A stretch of DNA of 64,000 bases from Eledone cirrhosa. Its lineage: Eukaryota. Within the stretch, counting starts at the first letter, position 1. Each line of letters starts with the position of its first letter. Location: the NCBI GenBank assembly GCA_964016885.1, contig OZ024740.1, positions 115,258,001-115,322,000 on the forward strand, read 5' to 3'. The notes under the pieces were generated by a model. That model did not search any database. It was given only the letters and a program-made list of their open reading frames with translations, and had not been told where the DNA came from. The translations under genes and the position numbers were made by a program. Below are positions 41,801 to 54,868 of this stretch, piece by piece.

Positions 41801-44800
41801 TACGCGTTTCATTCTTGTTAGAATTCATCAGGACTACATATCCAGTGCTTTTATCGAGAATGACACAGCTAGAGACTTATAGAATACTTAGCTGTGTACA
41901 GGAACTGGTTTGAAAGAGCGGTTGCCGGTCCGGCAGAAATTAGAAATTGGAATAAATGCTCTGAAATAGCGATATATATGTGAATATAGACATAGAATAT
42001 TCGAAAATATTCTGTATGTTTATAATAAACATTTTGAAGACCTAATCGCTATAGAATAGAATACGTCACGTATTACAATTAGATTCTCGATAAAAGCAAG
42101 GGAAGTAATCTACGCGTTTCATTCTTGTTAGAATTCATCAGGACTACATATCCAGTGCTTTTATCGAGAATGACACAGCTAGAGACTTATAGAATACTTA
42201 GCTGTGTACAGGAACTGGTTTGAAAGAGCGGTTGCCGGTCCGGCAGAAATTAGAAATTGGAATAAATGCTCTGAAATAGCGATATATATGTGAATATAGA
42301 CATAGAATATTCGAAAATATTCTGTATGTTTATAATAAACATTTTGAAGACCTAATCGCTATAGAATAGAATACGTCACGTATTACAATTAGATTCTCGA
42401 TAAAAGCAAGGGAAGTAATCTACGCGTTTCATTCTTGTTAGAATTCATCAGGACTACATATCCAGTGCTTTTATCGAGAATGACACAGCTAGAGACTTAT
42501 AGAATACTTAGCTGTGTACAGGAACTGGTTTGAAAGAGCGGTTGCCGGTCCGGCAGAAATTAGAAATTGGAATAAATGCTCTGAAATAGCGATATATATG
42601 TGAATATAGACATAGAATATTCGAAAATATTCTGTATGTTTATAATAAACATTTTGAAGACCTAATCGCTATAGAATAGAATACGTCACGTATTACAATT
42701 AGATTCTCGATAAAAGCAAGGGAAGTAATCTACGCGTTTCATTCTTGTTAGAATTCATCAGGACTACATATCCAGTGCTTTTATCGAGAATGACACAGCT
42801 AGAGACTTATAGAATACTTAGCTGTGTACAGGAACTGGTTTGAAAGAGCGGTTGCCGGTCCGGCAGAAATTAGAAATTGGAATAAATGCTCTGAAATAGC
42901 GATATATATGTGAATATAGACATAGAATATTCGAAAATATTCTGTATGTTTATAATAAACATTTTGAAGACCTAATCGCTATAGAATAGAATACGTCACG
43001 TATTACAATTAGATTCTCGATAAAAGCAAGGGAAGTAATCTACGCGTTTCATTCTTGTTAGAATTCATCAGGACTACATATCCAGTGCTTTTATCGAGAA
43101 TGACACAGCTAGAGACTTATAGAATACTTAGCTGTGTACAGGAACTGGTTTGAAAGAGCGGTTGCCGGTCCGGCAGAAATTAGAAATTGGAATAAATGCT
43201 CTGAAATAGCGATATATATGTGAATATAGACATAGAATATTCGAAAATATTCTGTATGTTTATAATAAACATTTTGAAGACCTAATCGCTATAGAATAGA
43301 ATACGTCACGTATTACAATTAGATTCTCGATAAAAGCAAGGGAAGTAATCTACGCGTTTCATTCTTGTTAGAATTCATCAGGACTACATATCCAGTGCTT
43401 TTATCGAGAATGACACAGCTAGAGACTTATAGAATACTTAGCTGTGTACAGGAACTGGTTTGAAAGAGCGGTTGCCGGTCCGGCAGAAATTAGAAATTGG
43501 AATAAATGCTCTGAAATAGCGATATATATGTGAATATAGACATAGAATATTCGAAAATATTCTGTATGTTTATAATAAACATTTTGAAGACCTAATCGCT
43601 ATAGAATAGAATACGTCACGTATTACAATTAGATTCTCGATAAAAGCAAGGGAAGTAATCTACGCGTTTCATTCTTGTTAGAATTCATCAGGACTACATA
43701 TCCAGTGCTTTTATCGAGAATGACACAGCTAGAGACTTATAGAATACTTAGCTGTGTACAGGAACTGGTTTGAAAGAGCGGTTGCCGGTCCGGCAGAAAT
43801 TAGAAATTGGAATAAATGCTCTGAAATAGCGATATATATGTGAATATAGACATAGAATATTCGAAAATATTCTGTATGTTTATAATAAACATTTTGAAGA
43901 CCTAATCGCTATAGAATAGAATACGTCACGTATTACAATTAGATTCTCGATAAAAGCAAGGGAAGTAATCTACGCGTTTCATTCTTGTTAGAATTCATCA
44001 GGACTACATATCCAGTGCTTTTATCGAGAATGACACAGCTAGAGACTTATAGAATACTTAGCTGTGTACAGGAACTGGTTTGAAAGAGCGGTTGCCGGTC
44101 CGGCAGAAATTAGAAATTGGAATAAATGCTCTGAAATAGCGATATATATGTGAATATAGACATAGAATATTCGAAAATATTCTGTATGTTTATAATAAAC
44201 ATTTTGAAGACCTAATCGCTATAGAATAGAATACGTCACGTATTACAATTAGATTCTCGATAAAAGCAAGGGAAGTAATCTACGCGTTTCATTCTTGTTA
44301 GAATTCATCAGGACTACATATCCAGTGCTTTTATCGAGAATGACACAGCTAGAGACTTATAGAATACTTAGCTGTGTACAGGAACTGGTTTGAAAGAGCG
44401 GTTGCCGGTCCGGCAGAAATTAGAAATTGGAATAAATGCTCTGAAATAGCGATATATATGTGAATATAGACATAGAATATTCGAAAATATTCTGTATGTT
44501 TATAATAAACATTTTGAAGACCTAATCGCTATAGAATAGAATACGTCACGTATTACAATTAGATTCTCGATAAAAGCAAGGGAAGTAATCTACGCGTTTC
44601 ATTCTTGTTAGAATTCATCAGGACTACATATCCAGTGCTTTTATCGAGAATGACACAGCTAGAGACTTATAGAATACTTAGCTGTGTACAGGAACTGGTT
44701 TGAAAGAGCGGTTGCCGGTCCGGCAGAAATTAGAAATTGGAATAAATGCTCTGAAATAGCGATATATATGTGAATATAGACATAGAATATTCGAAAATAT

Positions 44801-45191
44801 TCTGTATGTTTATAATAAACATTTTGAAGACCTAATCGCTATAGAATAGAATACGTCACGTATTACAATTAGATTCTCGATAAAAGCAAGGGAAGTAATC
44901 TACGCGTTTCATTCTTGTTAGAATTCATCAGGACTACATATCCAGTGCTTTTATCGAGAATGACACAGCTAGAGACTTATAGAATACTTAGCTGTGTACA
45001 GGAACTGGTTTGAAAGAGCGGTTGCCGGTCCGGCAGAAATTAGAAATTGGAATAAATGCTCTGAAATAGCGATATATATGTGAATATAGACATAGAATAT
45101 TCGAAAATATTCTGTATGTTTATAATAAACATTTTGAAGACCTAATCGCTATAGAATAGAATACGTCACGTATTACAATTAGATTCTCGAT
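38884..45191 (-). repeat. 310-bp tandem array, left arm (~20.3 units, 20 HHRs on the minus strand)
   Basis: CATAGAATAT recurs at 38891, 39201, ...; HHR at 39005-39047 + 310k, k = 0-19. Confidence 0.97.
39005..39047 (-). ncRNA. Minimal Type I HHR (first of 20 minus-strand copies)
   Basis: GTAGTC-CTGATGA-ATTCT AACA AGAAT-GAAA-CGCG-TA-GATTAC. Confidence 0.9.
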
Positions 45192-45192
45192 T

Positions 45193-48100
45193 TTCTATTC
45201 TATAGCGATTAGGTCTTCAAAATGTTTATTATAAACATACAGAATATTTTCGAATATTCTATGTCTATATTCACATATATATCGCTATTTCAGAGCATTT
45301 ATTCCAATTTCTAATTTCTGCCGGACCGGCAACCGCTCTTTCAAACCAGTTCCTGTACACAGCTAAGTATTCTATAAGTCTCTAGCTGTGTCATTCTCGA
45401 TAAAAGCACTGGATATGTAGTCCTGATGAATTCTAACAAGAATGAAACGCGTAGATTACTTCCCTTGCTTTTATCGAGAATCTAATTGTAATACGTGACG
45501 TATTCTATTCTATAGCGATTAGGTCTTCAAAATGTTTATTATAAACATACAGAATATTTTCGAATATTCTATGTCTATATTCACATATATATCGCTATTT
45601 CAGAGCATTTATTCCAATTTCTAATTTCTGCCGGACCGGCAACCGCTCTTTCAAACCAGTTCCTGTACACAGCTAAGTATTCTATAAGTCTCTAGCTGTG
45701 TCATTCTCGATAAAAGCACTGGATATGTAGTCCTGATGAATTCTAACAAGAATGAAACGCGTAGATTACTTCCCTTGCTTTTATCGAGAATCTAATTGTA
45801 ATACGTGACGTATTCTATTCTATAGCGATTAGGTCTTCAAAATGTTTATTATAAACATACAGAATATTTTCGAATATTCTATGTCTATATTCACATATAT
45901 ATCGCTATTTCAGAGCATTTATTCCAATTTCTAATTTCTGCCGGACCGGCAACCGCTCTTTCAAACCAGTTCCTGTACACAGCTAAGTATTCTATAAGTC
46001 TCTAGCTGTGTCATTCTCGATAAAAGCACTGGATATGTAGTCCTGATGAATTCTAACAAGAATGAAACGCGTAGATTACTTCCCTTGCTTTTATCGAGAA
46101 TCTAATTGTAATACGTGACGTATTCTATTCTATAGCGATTAGGTCTTCAAAATGTTTATTATAAACATACAGAATATTTTCGAATATTCTATGTCTATAT
46201 TCACATATATATCGCTATTTCAGAGCATTTATTCCAATTTCTAATTTCTGCCGGACCGGCAACCGCTCTTTCAAACCAGTTCCTGTACACAGCTAAGTAT
46301 TCTATAAGTCTCTAGCTGTGTCATTCTCGATAAAAGCACTGGATATGTAGTCCTGATGAATTCTAACAAGAATGAAACGCGTAGATTACTTCCCTTGCTT
46401 TTATCGAGAATCTAATTGTAATACGTGACGTATTCTATTCTATAGCGATTAGGTCTTCAAAATGTTTATTATAAACATACAGAATATTTTCGAATATTCT
46501 ATGTCTATATTCACATATATATCGCTATTTCAGAGCATTTATTCCAATTTCTAATTTCTGCCGGACCGGCAACCGCTCTTTCAAACCAGTTCCTGTACAC
46601 AGCTAAGTATTCTATAAGTCTCTAGCTGTGTCATTCTCGATAAAAGCACTGGATATGTAGTCCTGATGAATTCTAACAAGAATGAAACGCGTAGATTACT
46701 TCCCTTGCTTTTATCGAGAATCTAATTGTAATACGTGACGTATTCTATTCTATAGCGATTAGGTCTTCAAAATGTTTATTATAAACATACAGAATATTTT
46801 CGAATATTCTATGTCTATATTCACATATATATCGCTATTTCAGAGCATTTATTCCAATTTCTAATTTCTGCCGGACCGGCAACCGCTCTTTCAAACCAGT
46901 TCCTGTACACAGCTAAGTATTCTATAAGTCTCTAGCTGTGTCATTCTCGATAAAAGCACTGGATATGTAGTCCTGATGAATTCTAACAAGAATGAAACGC
47001 GTAGATTACTTCCCTTGCTTTTATCGAGAATCTAATTGTAATACGTGACGTATTCTATTCTATAGCGATTAGGTCTTCAAAATGTTTATTATAAACATAC
47101 AGAATATTTTCGAATATTCTATGTCTATATTCACATATATATCGCTATTTCAGAGCATTTATTCCAATTTCTAATTTCTGCCGGACCGGCAACCGCTCTT
47201 TCAAACCAGTTCCTGTACACAACTAAGTATTCTATAAGTCTCTAGCTGTGTCATTCTCGATAAAAGCACTGGATATGTAGTCCTGATGAATTCTAACAAG
47301 AATGAAACGCGTAGATTACTTCCCTTGCTTTTATCGAGAATCTAATTGTAATACGTGACGTATTCTATTCTATAGCGATTAGGTCTTCAAAATGTTTATT
47401 ATAAACATACAGAATATTTTCGAATATTCTATGTCTATATTCACATATATATCGCTATTTCAGAGCATTTATTCCAATTTCTAATTTCTGCCGGACCGGC
47501 AACCGCTCTTTCAAACCAGTTCCTGTACACAGCTAAGTATTCTATAAGTCTCTAGCTGTGTCATTCTCGATAAAAGCACTGGATATGTAGTCCTGATGAA
47601 TTCTAACAAGAATGAAACGCGTAGATTACTTCCCTTGCTTTTATCGAGAATCTAATTGTAATACGTGACGTATTCTATTCTATAGCGATTAGGTCTTCAA
47701 AATGTTTATTATAAACATACAGAATATTTTCGAATATTCTATGTCTATATTCACATATATATCGCTATTTCAGAGCATTTATTCCAATTTCTAATTTCTG
47801 CCGGACCGGCAACCGCTCTTTCAAACCAGTTCCTGTACACAGCTAAGTATTCTATAAGTCTCTAGCTGTGTCATTCTCGATAAAAGCACTGGATATGTAG
47901 TCCTGATGAATTCTAACAAGAATGAAACGCGTAGATTACTTCCCTTGCTTTTATCGAGAATCTAATTGTAATACGTGACGTATTCTATTCTATAGCGATT
48001 AGGTCTTCAAAATGTTTATTATAAACATACAGAATATTTTCGAATATTCTATGTCTATATTCACATATATATCGCTATTTCAGAGCATTTATTCCAATTT

Positions 48101-48718
48101 CTAATTTCTGCCGGACCTGCAACCGCTCTTTCAAACCAGTTCCTGTACACAGCTAAGTATTCTATAAGTCTCTAGCTGTGTCATTCTCGATAAAAGCACT
48201 GGATATGTAGTCCTGATGAATTCTAACAAGAATGAAACGCGTAGATTACTTCCCTTGCTTTTATCGAGAATCTAATTGTAATACGTGACGTATTCTATTC
48301 TATAGCGATTAGGTCTTCAAAATGTTTATTATAAACATACAGAATATTTTCGAATATTCTATGTCTATATTCACATATATATCGCTATTTCAGAGCATTT
48401 ATTCCAATTTCTAATTTCTGCCGGACCGGCAACCGCTCTTTCAAACCAGTTCCTGTACACAGCTAAGTATTCTATAAGTCTCTAGCTGTGTCATTCTCGA
48501 TAAAAGCACTGGATATGTAGTCCTGATGAATTCTAACAAGAATGAAACGCGTAGATTACTTCCCTTGCTTTTATCGAGAATCTAATTGTAATACGTGACG
48601 TATTCTATTCTATAGCGATTAGGTCTTCAAAATGTTTATTATAAACATACAGAATATTTTCGAATATTCTATGTCTATATTCACATATATATCGCTATTT
48701 CAGAGCATTTATTCCAAT
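45193..48718 (+). repeat. 310-bp tandem array, inverted right arm (~11.4 units, 11 HHRs on the plus strand)
   Basis: Reverse complement of the left-arm unit; HHR at 45417-45459 + 310k, k = 0-10; substitutions noticed only at 47222 and 48118. Confidence 0.97.
45417..45459 (+). ncRNA. Minimal Type I HHR (first of 11 plus-strand copies)
   Basis: CTGATGA 45423-45429; GAAA 45444-45447; GTA 45451-45453; stem I GTAGTC/GATTAC extended by GGA/TCC and TTCTCGATAAAAGCA/TGCTTTTATCGAGAA. Confidence 0.9.
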
Positions 48719-48788
48719 ATATATATATATATATATAACATCAAAGTATCTAATAATCCTCACCGCAAAAAAGCTTTTGTTGACTCAC

Positions 48789-48859
48789 CAATATGACGAA
48801 AAGATTTATACTGCAGTCGGGTCCATGACACCCATTGGTTATTTTGAGCCAGTCCTCTG
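48789..48859 (-). other. Candidate host exon (71 nt)
   Basis: ...TGTGTGTTTAG acceptor and strong TTG|GTGAGT donor; open frame RGLAQNNQWVSWTRLQYKSFRHI. Confidence 0.3.
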
Positions 48860-49226
48860 CTAAACACACATACAGGTTGATACACAAAATAAAAACATAT
48901 ATACATGTAAACGAAACTTCATCGTTTTTATTATCATATACACTCGGCCAATACATCGAGTGCCCATTCTGATACCACCACAGTTAATCCAGTAATTCAC
49001 TGAATCATTTACACTATATATATAACTGGAGAAAATGTGTGTATGTGCCTGCAATTCTAAGACCCATGAGACCACAAATCATGGGCGTACTCAATGCATG
49101 GGGAGATGCAGATGCCTTGAAAAGGCTTTCTGAAGAAGCAAGCCGAAACCGCTTAGATTTTATTTATCTCTATACCCATTCTGCATCTCTCCATGATTAG
49201 TGGGCTCTCCGGGCTCAGAACCGCTA

Positions 49227-49298
<72 letters not shown>

Positions 49299-49355
49299 CT
49301 TAATGTTATTGGGTGTTGCTACATTAAGTTTTACTATTACGAACATATATATGCT

Positions 49356-49431
<76 letters not shown>

Positions 49432-49709
49432 TGTCTGTGTGTGTGTCTGTGTGTGTGTGTGTTAGTAGTGTTTGTAAGCATACAAGCATACACATATTTG
49501 TATATATATATATATGTGTGTGTGTGTTTTGTGTGTGTTGTGTGTGTGTGTGTGCGTGTGTGTGTGTGTGCGAGTGAGTGTCCTCCTCTTGCACGTCTCT
49601 ATAAACGATCTCTGATAAGGAATGTTATGATTCATTCGGTACACTTGTTTTTCCCTCACTTTCTTGATGTTTATCTCCACATATTGTAAAGTAATTGATA
49701 TGCCACAAT

Positions 49710-49747
<38 letters not shown>

Positions 49748-50907
49748 AGTGCGTGTGTATGTGTTGACATAATACAGAAACTTACAAACAAAAGCATGAG
49801 TAGTCAATCTTCGTTGAGACGTACGACAAACTTAACGGTCTAAATTTTTTATCGTGTTAAACAAGCCGGAGTTCACATATATAAGAGCATCTAAATGAGG
49901 TGTTTCGATCTTTTTGATGTTAAACATTAAACATTGGCGGACATATTGTTCTGACCTGAATGTAAGTAAATGGAACAACTTTCTCTAAGGCAAAATGGTG
50001 GTTCAGTAGTTTGAGAAGAAAATAAATAGAGAAAAAAAAATACACAATTTTTAATGTATACTGAAAGAAAACGAGGAAAGAAAAGTGAAGTGTTAAATAA
50101 AAAAAATGCTATTTTTACGTGTTTTATTTACTTTATGTGCTGTAGACTGTAAAACTATTTCAGAAATATTATCGGCCCCTCTAACCATGTAAAAAATGTA
50201 AATTAAAACATCAGACAGCGATTTAATATATGCTTTTTATTTAAATAGTTGTTTATTTTTATTGTTAGATGAGATTTACTTGTTATATTTGTTGCCGTTA
50301 TTTTTGTTGTTGTTATATTTGTTGTCGTTTTCTGCTTAAAATTACTTTACAAACAGAATTCTTTACATTTAATTAATACGGAATTTAAAACTATTAAAAT
50401 ATTATGAAACAGCGAGAAATGTCTACTTCAAATCACACGCTACTATGAATAGATTATATATTAATATTTACCAGGATACACTGCTCCTGGAAGGTGGGTT
50501 GTCATGGCTTTAATACCTTTCCTCCTATACTTGATCTATCAAGGACCGATGTGGGATTAAGTAATAACTCATTACAATGCAGCAACAACATTAATAAAAG
50601 GATTATGACAGCAGCAAATATATAACCAACAAGACGAACCACAACCGCAACAACAATAACAATGACATCAATATTATAAAGAAAAATAACCACAATAATA
50701 ACAGTATGGCCGACATCAACAATAAAACAACCCCAACTTCAAGAAAGGCAGCAATAACGACAATCTCGAAATTGCAACAATCACAACTAAATATGTCTGT
50801 CTATGTGACAAGTTAAGAAAATATTGTTACAATACTTATGGTGTTGGTATGGTTAGAATGCCAGAAGTGCATGAGTGGTAGCAGTACAGTCTCAGAAACT
50901 ATGCCTC

Positions 50908-51080
50908 AGTTTATTACTTCTTCTTGTCGTGGTCCACAAGAGTGTCAGTGACAAAGCTTGGCTAGATGTGGTTCCGGCACAGCTTAACACATTGCTGTCT
51001 TTTCTCATTAAACTCTGCCAAGTCCAATGCTGTGCTGGGGTGTTCCAGCAGGGGACATATCAGGTGCTGCATAGTCTGTG
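50908..51080 (-). pseudogene. Probable LINE 3' end fragment
   Basis: QTMQHLICP resembles the end of a LINE CCHC knuckle; followed by a stop and an ACAAGAAGAAG tail. Confidence 0.4.
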
Positions 51081-51907
51081 ATATGTGTATTTATCTACTT
51101 AGAGGGGACGAATCAAGGAAGCAACGTCTATGAGCTAGGACGACCTGCTATAAATATGGAAAGATCGTTTAATCGCAGGTATACTCTGTCTGAATAGGGA
51201 GAAAACATAAATTTAATACGAGGTTTCCTCAATAATTATGTATCACTGACATTCCATTGGGATATTCTAATCCTCAGACTACATAGGTGACCGTCTTACA
51301 GTTGGCCCACTTTACCACTGGCAACATAGTAGTGATGGTTCAGGTAAGGATGGCAATGACCCGTAAAGGGCTAAGCGACTGCTGTAAAAAGTAAATATTT
51401 CTTTGTTGAAAATGGGAGCTGTATTCGCAGAATCGGTTGAGCGTCAAATAAAATGCCTTTGTGGTATTCATTTCGGTTCTTTACGCTACAACTTCAAATA
51501 TGAATAATACAACTTCACCTTTCATCATTCTAGAGTCGATAAATTAAAGTATCTCAAATTGCTTCTCGTATGTCTAATTTAGAAACTATTATATATTAGT
51601 TAGAAACTCGAAATCTCCCCCATTGTCGTCATGATTATACGAGACTTTTGACAGGCATTCCTACATCGAAATTTGGTAAATACAATTCGAATCTCCCGAT
51701 ATGGCGAGAAATAATAATAGTAGTTGAAGTTCTAAATGGAAATATATAGAAACGAATATTGTAACCGATTATTACATGTAGCATGCCACATTAGTACATA
51801 CACACAGACACAGGAAAATATTCTCAAGCATGCTTGTGCGTGTAGACATAACTACCTACATACAAATATATTTGTGATTTTACTTATTCTAATACATTAT
51901 TTTAAAA

Positions 51908-52015
51908 TACCGCCGAGGTTAACTTTGCCTTTCATCCTCACGGGGTCGATAAAATAAAGTACCAGTAATGTACTGGGAAATTGTTGGCCTTGTGCCTAAA
52001 GTAGAAACAATTATA
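51908..52015 (+). mobile_element. SINE 3' half
   Basis: GGTTAACTTTGCCTTTCATCCTCACGGGGTCGATAAAATAAAGTACC...AGAAACAATTA. Confidence 0.85.
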
Positions 52016-52098
52016 TTAAATAGTACGTATATAAAACAAATAGTGATCACGCTTACGCCTACACACACGCGCGCTTACATGTTCGTACACACATAGAT

Positions 52099-52156
<58 letters not shown>

Positions 52157-52162
<6 letters not shown>

Positions 52163-52424
52163 AAGTTAAATAAAAGTCAAATGATTAAAATTTAGCTTCG
52201 TTTATTACTGCTATATACATTTCAGTGACAGCCATCTTTGGCTGTGACCTCTTCAGGCAGTTTGAATTAGTATGGTATAGACAAGTACATATGTACTTGT
52301 CTATACCATACTAATTCAAACTGCTTGAAGAGGTCACAGCCAAAGATGGCTGTCACTGAAATGTATATAGCAGTAATAAACGAAGCTAAATTTTAATCAT
52401 TTGACTTTTATTTAACTTTATTTT
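52157..52424. mobile_element. Loop-less palindrome (134-bp arms) carrying an HHR
   Basis: Centre at 52290/52291 (AAGTACAT|ATGTACTT); minus-strand HHR at 52207-52261. Confidence 0.85.
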
Positions 52425-52520
52425 ACACTGCTCCGGAGTAACCAAACCAACCTGCGCACTTCGTCGAGTGCTCCAGCCTGCATACTGAGGTGTTGGTATA
52501 CAACCAACATAAACTCAAAA

Positions 52521-52600
<80 letters not shown>

Positions 52601-52601
<1 letters not shown>

Positions 52602-52820
52602 GAAGGAACTTTGACAATATATAAACAACCATCTGGTTGTGGAACCAACCAACCGGAAATTTATAAATTCCTAAATTTATAAATTTATTATAATAAATTG
52701 AAGTGAAAGCAACTGCTGCGTGTGTTTCTTATTGGCAACATGACCCTCCCAAAGTATAACAATATCGGTTTCAACACACGTTTTCAGATAAAGAATCTTG
52801 CTAAACAAATTCAGAAACGA
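52601..52820 (+). mobile_element. PLE pLTR 3' fragment (family of the 8.2-kb element)
   Basis: Reverse complement of 8216-8355 (GAACTTTGACAAT...CATGACCCTCCCAAAGTATAACAAT); embedded in (TA)n. Confidence 0.8.
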
Positions 52821-52836
52821 AATATATATATATATT

Positions 52837-52918
<82 letters not shown>

Positions 52919-52947
52919 ATATATATTATATACATATATATATATAT

Positions 52948-53028
<81 letters not shown>

Positions 53029-53043
53029 CATATATATATATAT

Positions 53044-53137
<94 letters not shown>

Positions 53138-53140
53138 TAT

Positions 53141-54235
53141 ACCAGATAGAAAGATGCGTACAGCAAAAAAAAGTAATATTGTTGGAATATAAATCTTTAA
53201 AAATACAGGACAAGAAACTAAAATAAAACTTTAAAAGAATAGGACAAGAAACTAAGATAAAACTTTAAAAGAATAGAACAAGAAACTAAGATAAAACTTT
53301 AAAGAATTGGACAAGAAATAAAAAATGTTACAATAATATTAGTGGCAAAATTTTTATTGGTAAAAAATCGATTTCCACATTCATAGGCTCTGGGTTCCAC
53401 ATTCAGAGGTCGTCGTCAGACCGGGGGGATCATTTGATCCTGGTTTGAACACCATTTGGGCCATAACCATACCCCTATTTCATCATTTGGCGACACGCCT
53501 CATGTGTCATGCATAATGTGAATGGACCCATGGGCCCATGAGCACAGATCTTGAGCAGCAGCGGACGGTCTTGTCGTCCCGCTACTCCTTGATCTTGACC
53601 AACCCGTCCATCTTCTCCTTGCATCTTGTCCTTGAGTTCAAGTCCGGCAGTCCAGATGAATGCGTGCCACAGCTTTCTGGTACAGGAAGGGGGAGCAGGA
53701 GGACTGGAGGGATGACGTGACAGAGGGAGGGAGGACCGGTGGTTGAGGGAGGTGCCGTAGTCGGTGGTCAGAGTCGACATCTTGTCCCGGTCGTCTTCTC
53801 CATCTTCGTCTGGTGTTGCGGGACCAGAAGTGCATTCTTGGAGGAGACCTGCAGCTGCATCGGCCAATTCTTCTTGCAATGGTCATTCTGACGGAGCAGA
53901 ACTGCTCAGCCAACCAAACCCAACCAGAACCAACCACTCAGGGGCAACGCACAATGAGAGCATGACAATTATTATGCACTAATCAAGAAGATACTGGGGC
54001 ATAGCACAGGAAACGAATAAAAAAATGTTGCCACTAATATTATTGTAAAACTTTTTATTTCTTGTCCAATTCTTTAAAGTTTTATCTTAGTTTCTTGTCC
54101 TATTCTTTTAAAGTTTTATCTTAGTTTTTTGTCCTATTCTTTTAAAGTTTTATTTTAGTTTCTTGTCCTGTATTTTTAAAGGTTTATATTCCAACAATAT
54201 TACTTTTTTTTGCTGTACGCATTTTTCTATCTGGT
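53141..54235. repeat. ~218-bp inverted repeats with ~35-bp subrepeats around a GC-richer core
   Basis: 53141-53358 is inverted at 54016-54235; GGACAAGAAACTAAGATAAAACTTTAAAAGAAT occurs about three times per arm. Confidence 0.85.
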
Positions 54236-54508
54236 CTACTATTTTTTAAGGCAATGCAAGCAACAACTATCTAATAATTAAATGATCATAGTGAATTACT
54301 GACAAGTGATTGACATTTTAAAGTTCTTTTGAGTATAATTGCAATCTAGTTGAGGCAACTGGCTTAATGACAAAGCTAGTAAATCATGAATGCATTTGAG
54401 ATGATTAGTGCATAATAGTGAATTGGTGAAACTTGTGCATTTCAATGGTGTTACAACAATAGATGTAAGTTATATAGTAGTAATACTTTATCATTTTAAC
54501 TTTTTAGA

Positions 54509-54868
54509 ATGGACAAAAACCCATGCAAAGAAATGACTTTGACTGCAGTGATTCTCTCCAATTTACTTACAAAGCAAAACGTGGTCAAATACCTTATCAT
54601 CTCTGATAAAATGCCCATTGAATCACTGAAAATCGGATGCATGGAATTCCTCATAAAATGCACCTATGAATCGGAAACTATCACATATATCAATGGATAT
54701 AGGGAGTTGTTCACACTGGAAGACCATCACTTCATTTGTGACTTCATCAATTATCTCCACGATTATCTCAGACACCCAATGCCATTGATGAGAGGTGATC
54801 CAATGTGTGAGCATGTAACTAATCTTATAGAAGTTGTTATCGACCACCTGGCTTTTAGTGACATTTGA
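54509..54868 (+). CDS. Unassigned 119-aa ORF
   Basis: ATG-initiated and non-repetitive; preceded by a GTAAGT...TTTTTAG segment (54465-54507); lies between direct repeats at 54238 and 54921. Confidence 0.3.
   Translation: MDKNPCKEMTLTAVILSNLLTKQNVVKYLIISDKMPIESLKIGCMEFLIKCTYESETITYINGYRELFTLEDHHFICDFINYLHDYLRHPMPLMRGDPMCEHVTNLIEVVIDHLAFSDI

Noticed and set aside
38884-48718. CRISPR array or rDNA/tRNA repeat
   Set aside because: Units are identical with no variable spacers, there are no cas genes, and no rRNA or tRNA sequence is recognisable.
49097-49196. CTGAAGA..GAAA motif inside a 16-bp inverted repeat
   Set aside because: Stems I and II pair poorly; at best a decayed HHR, so not called.
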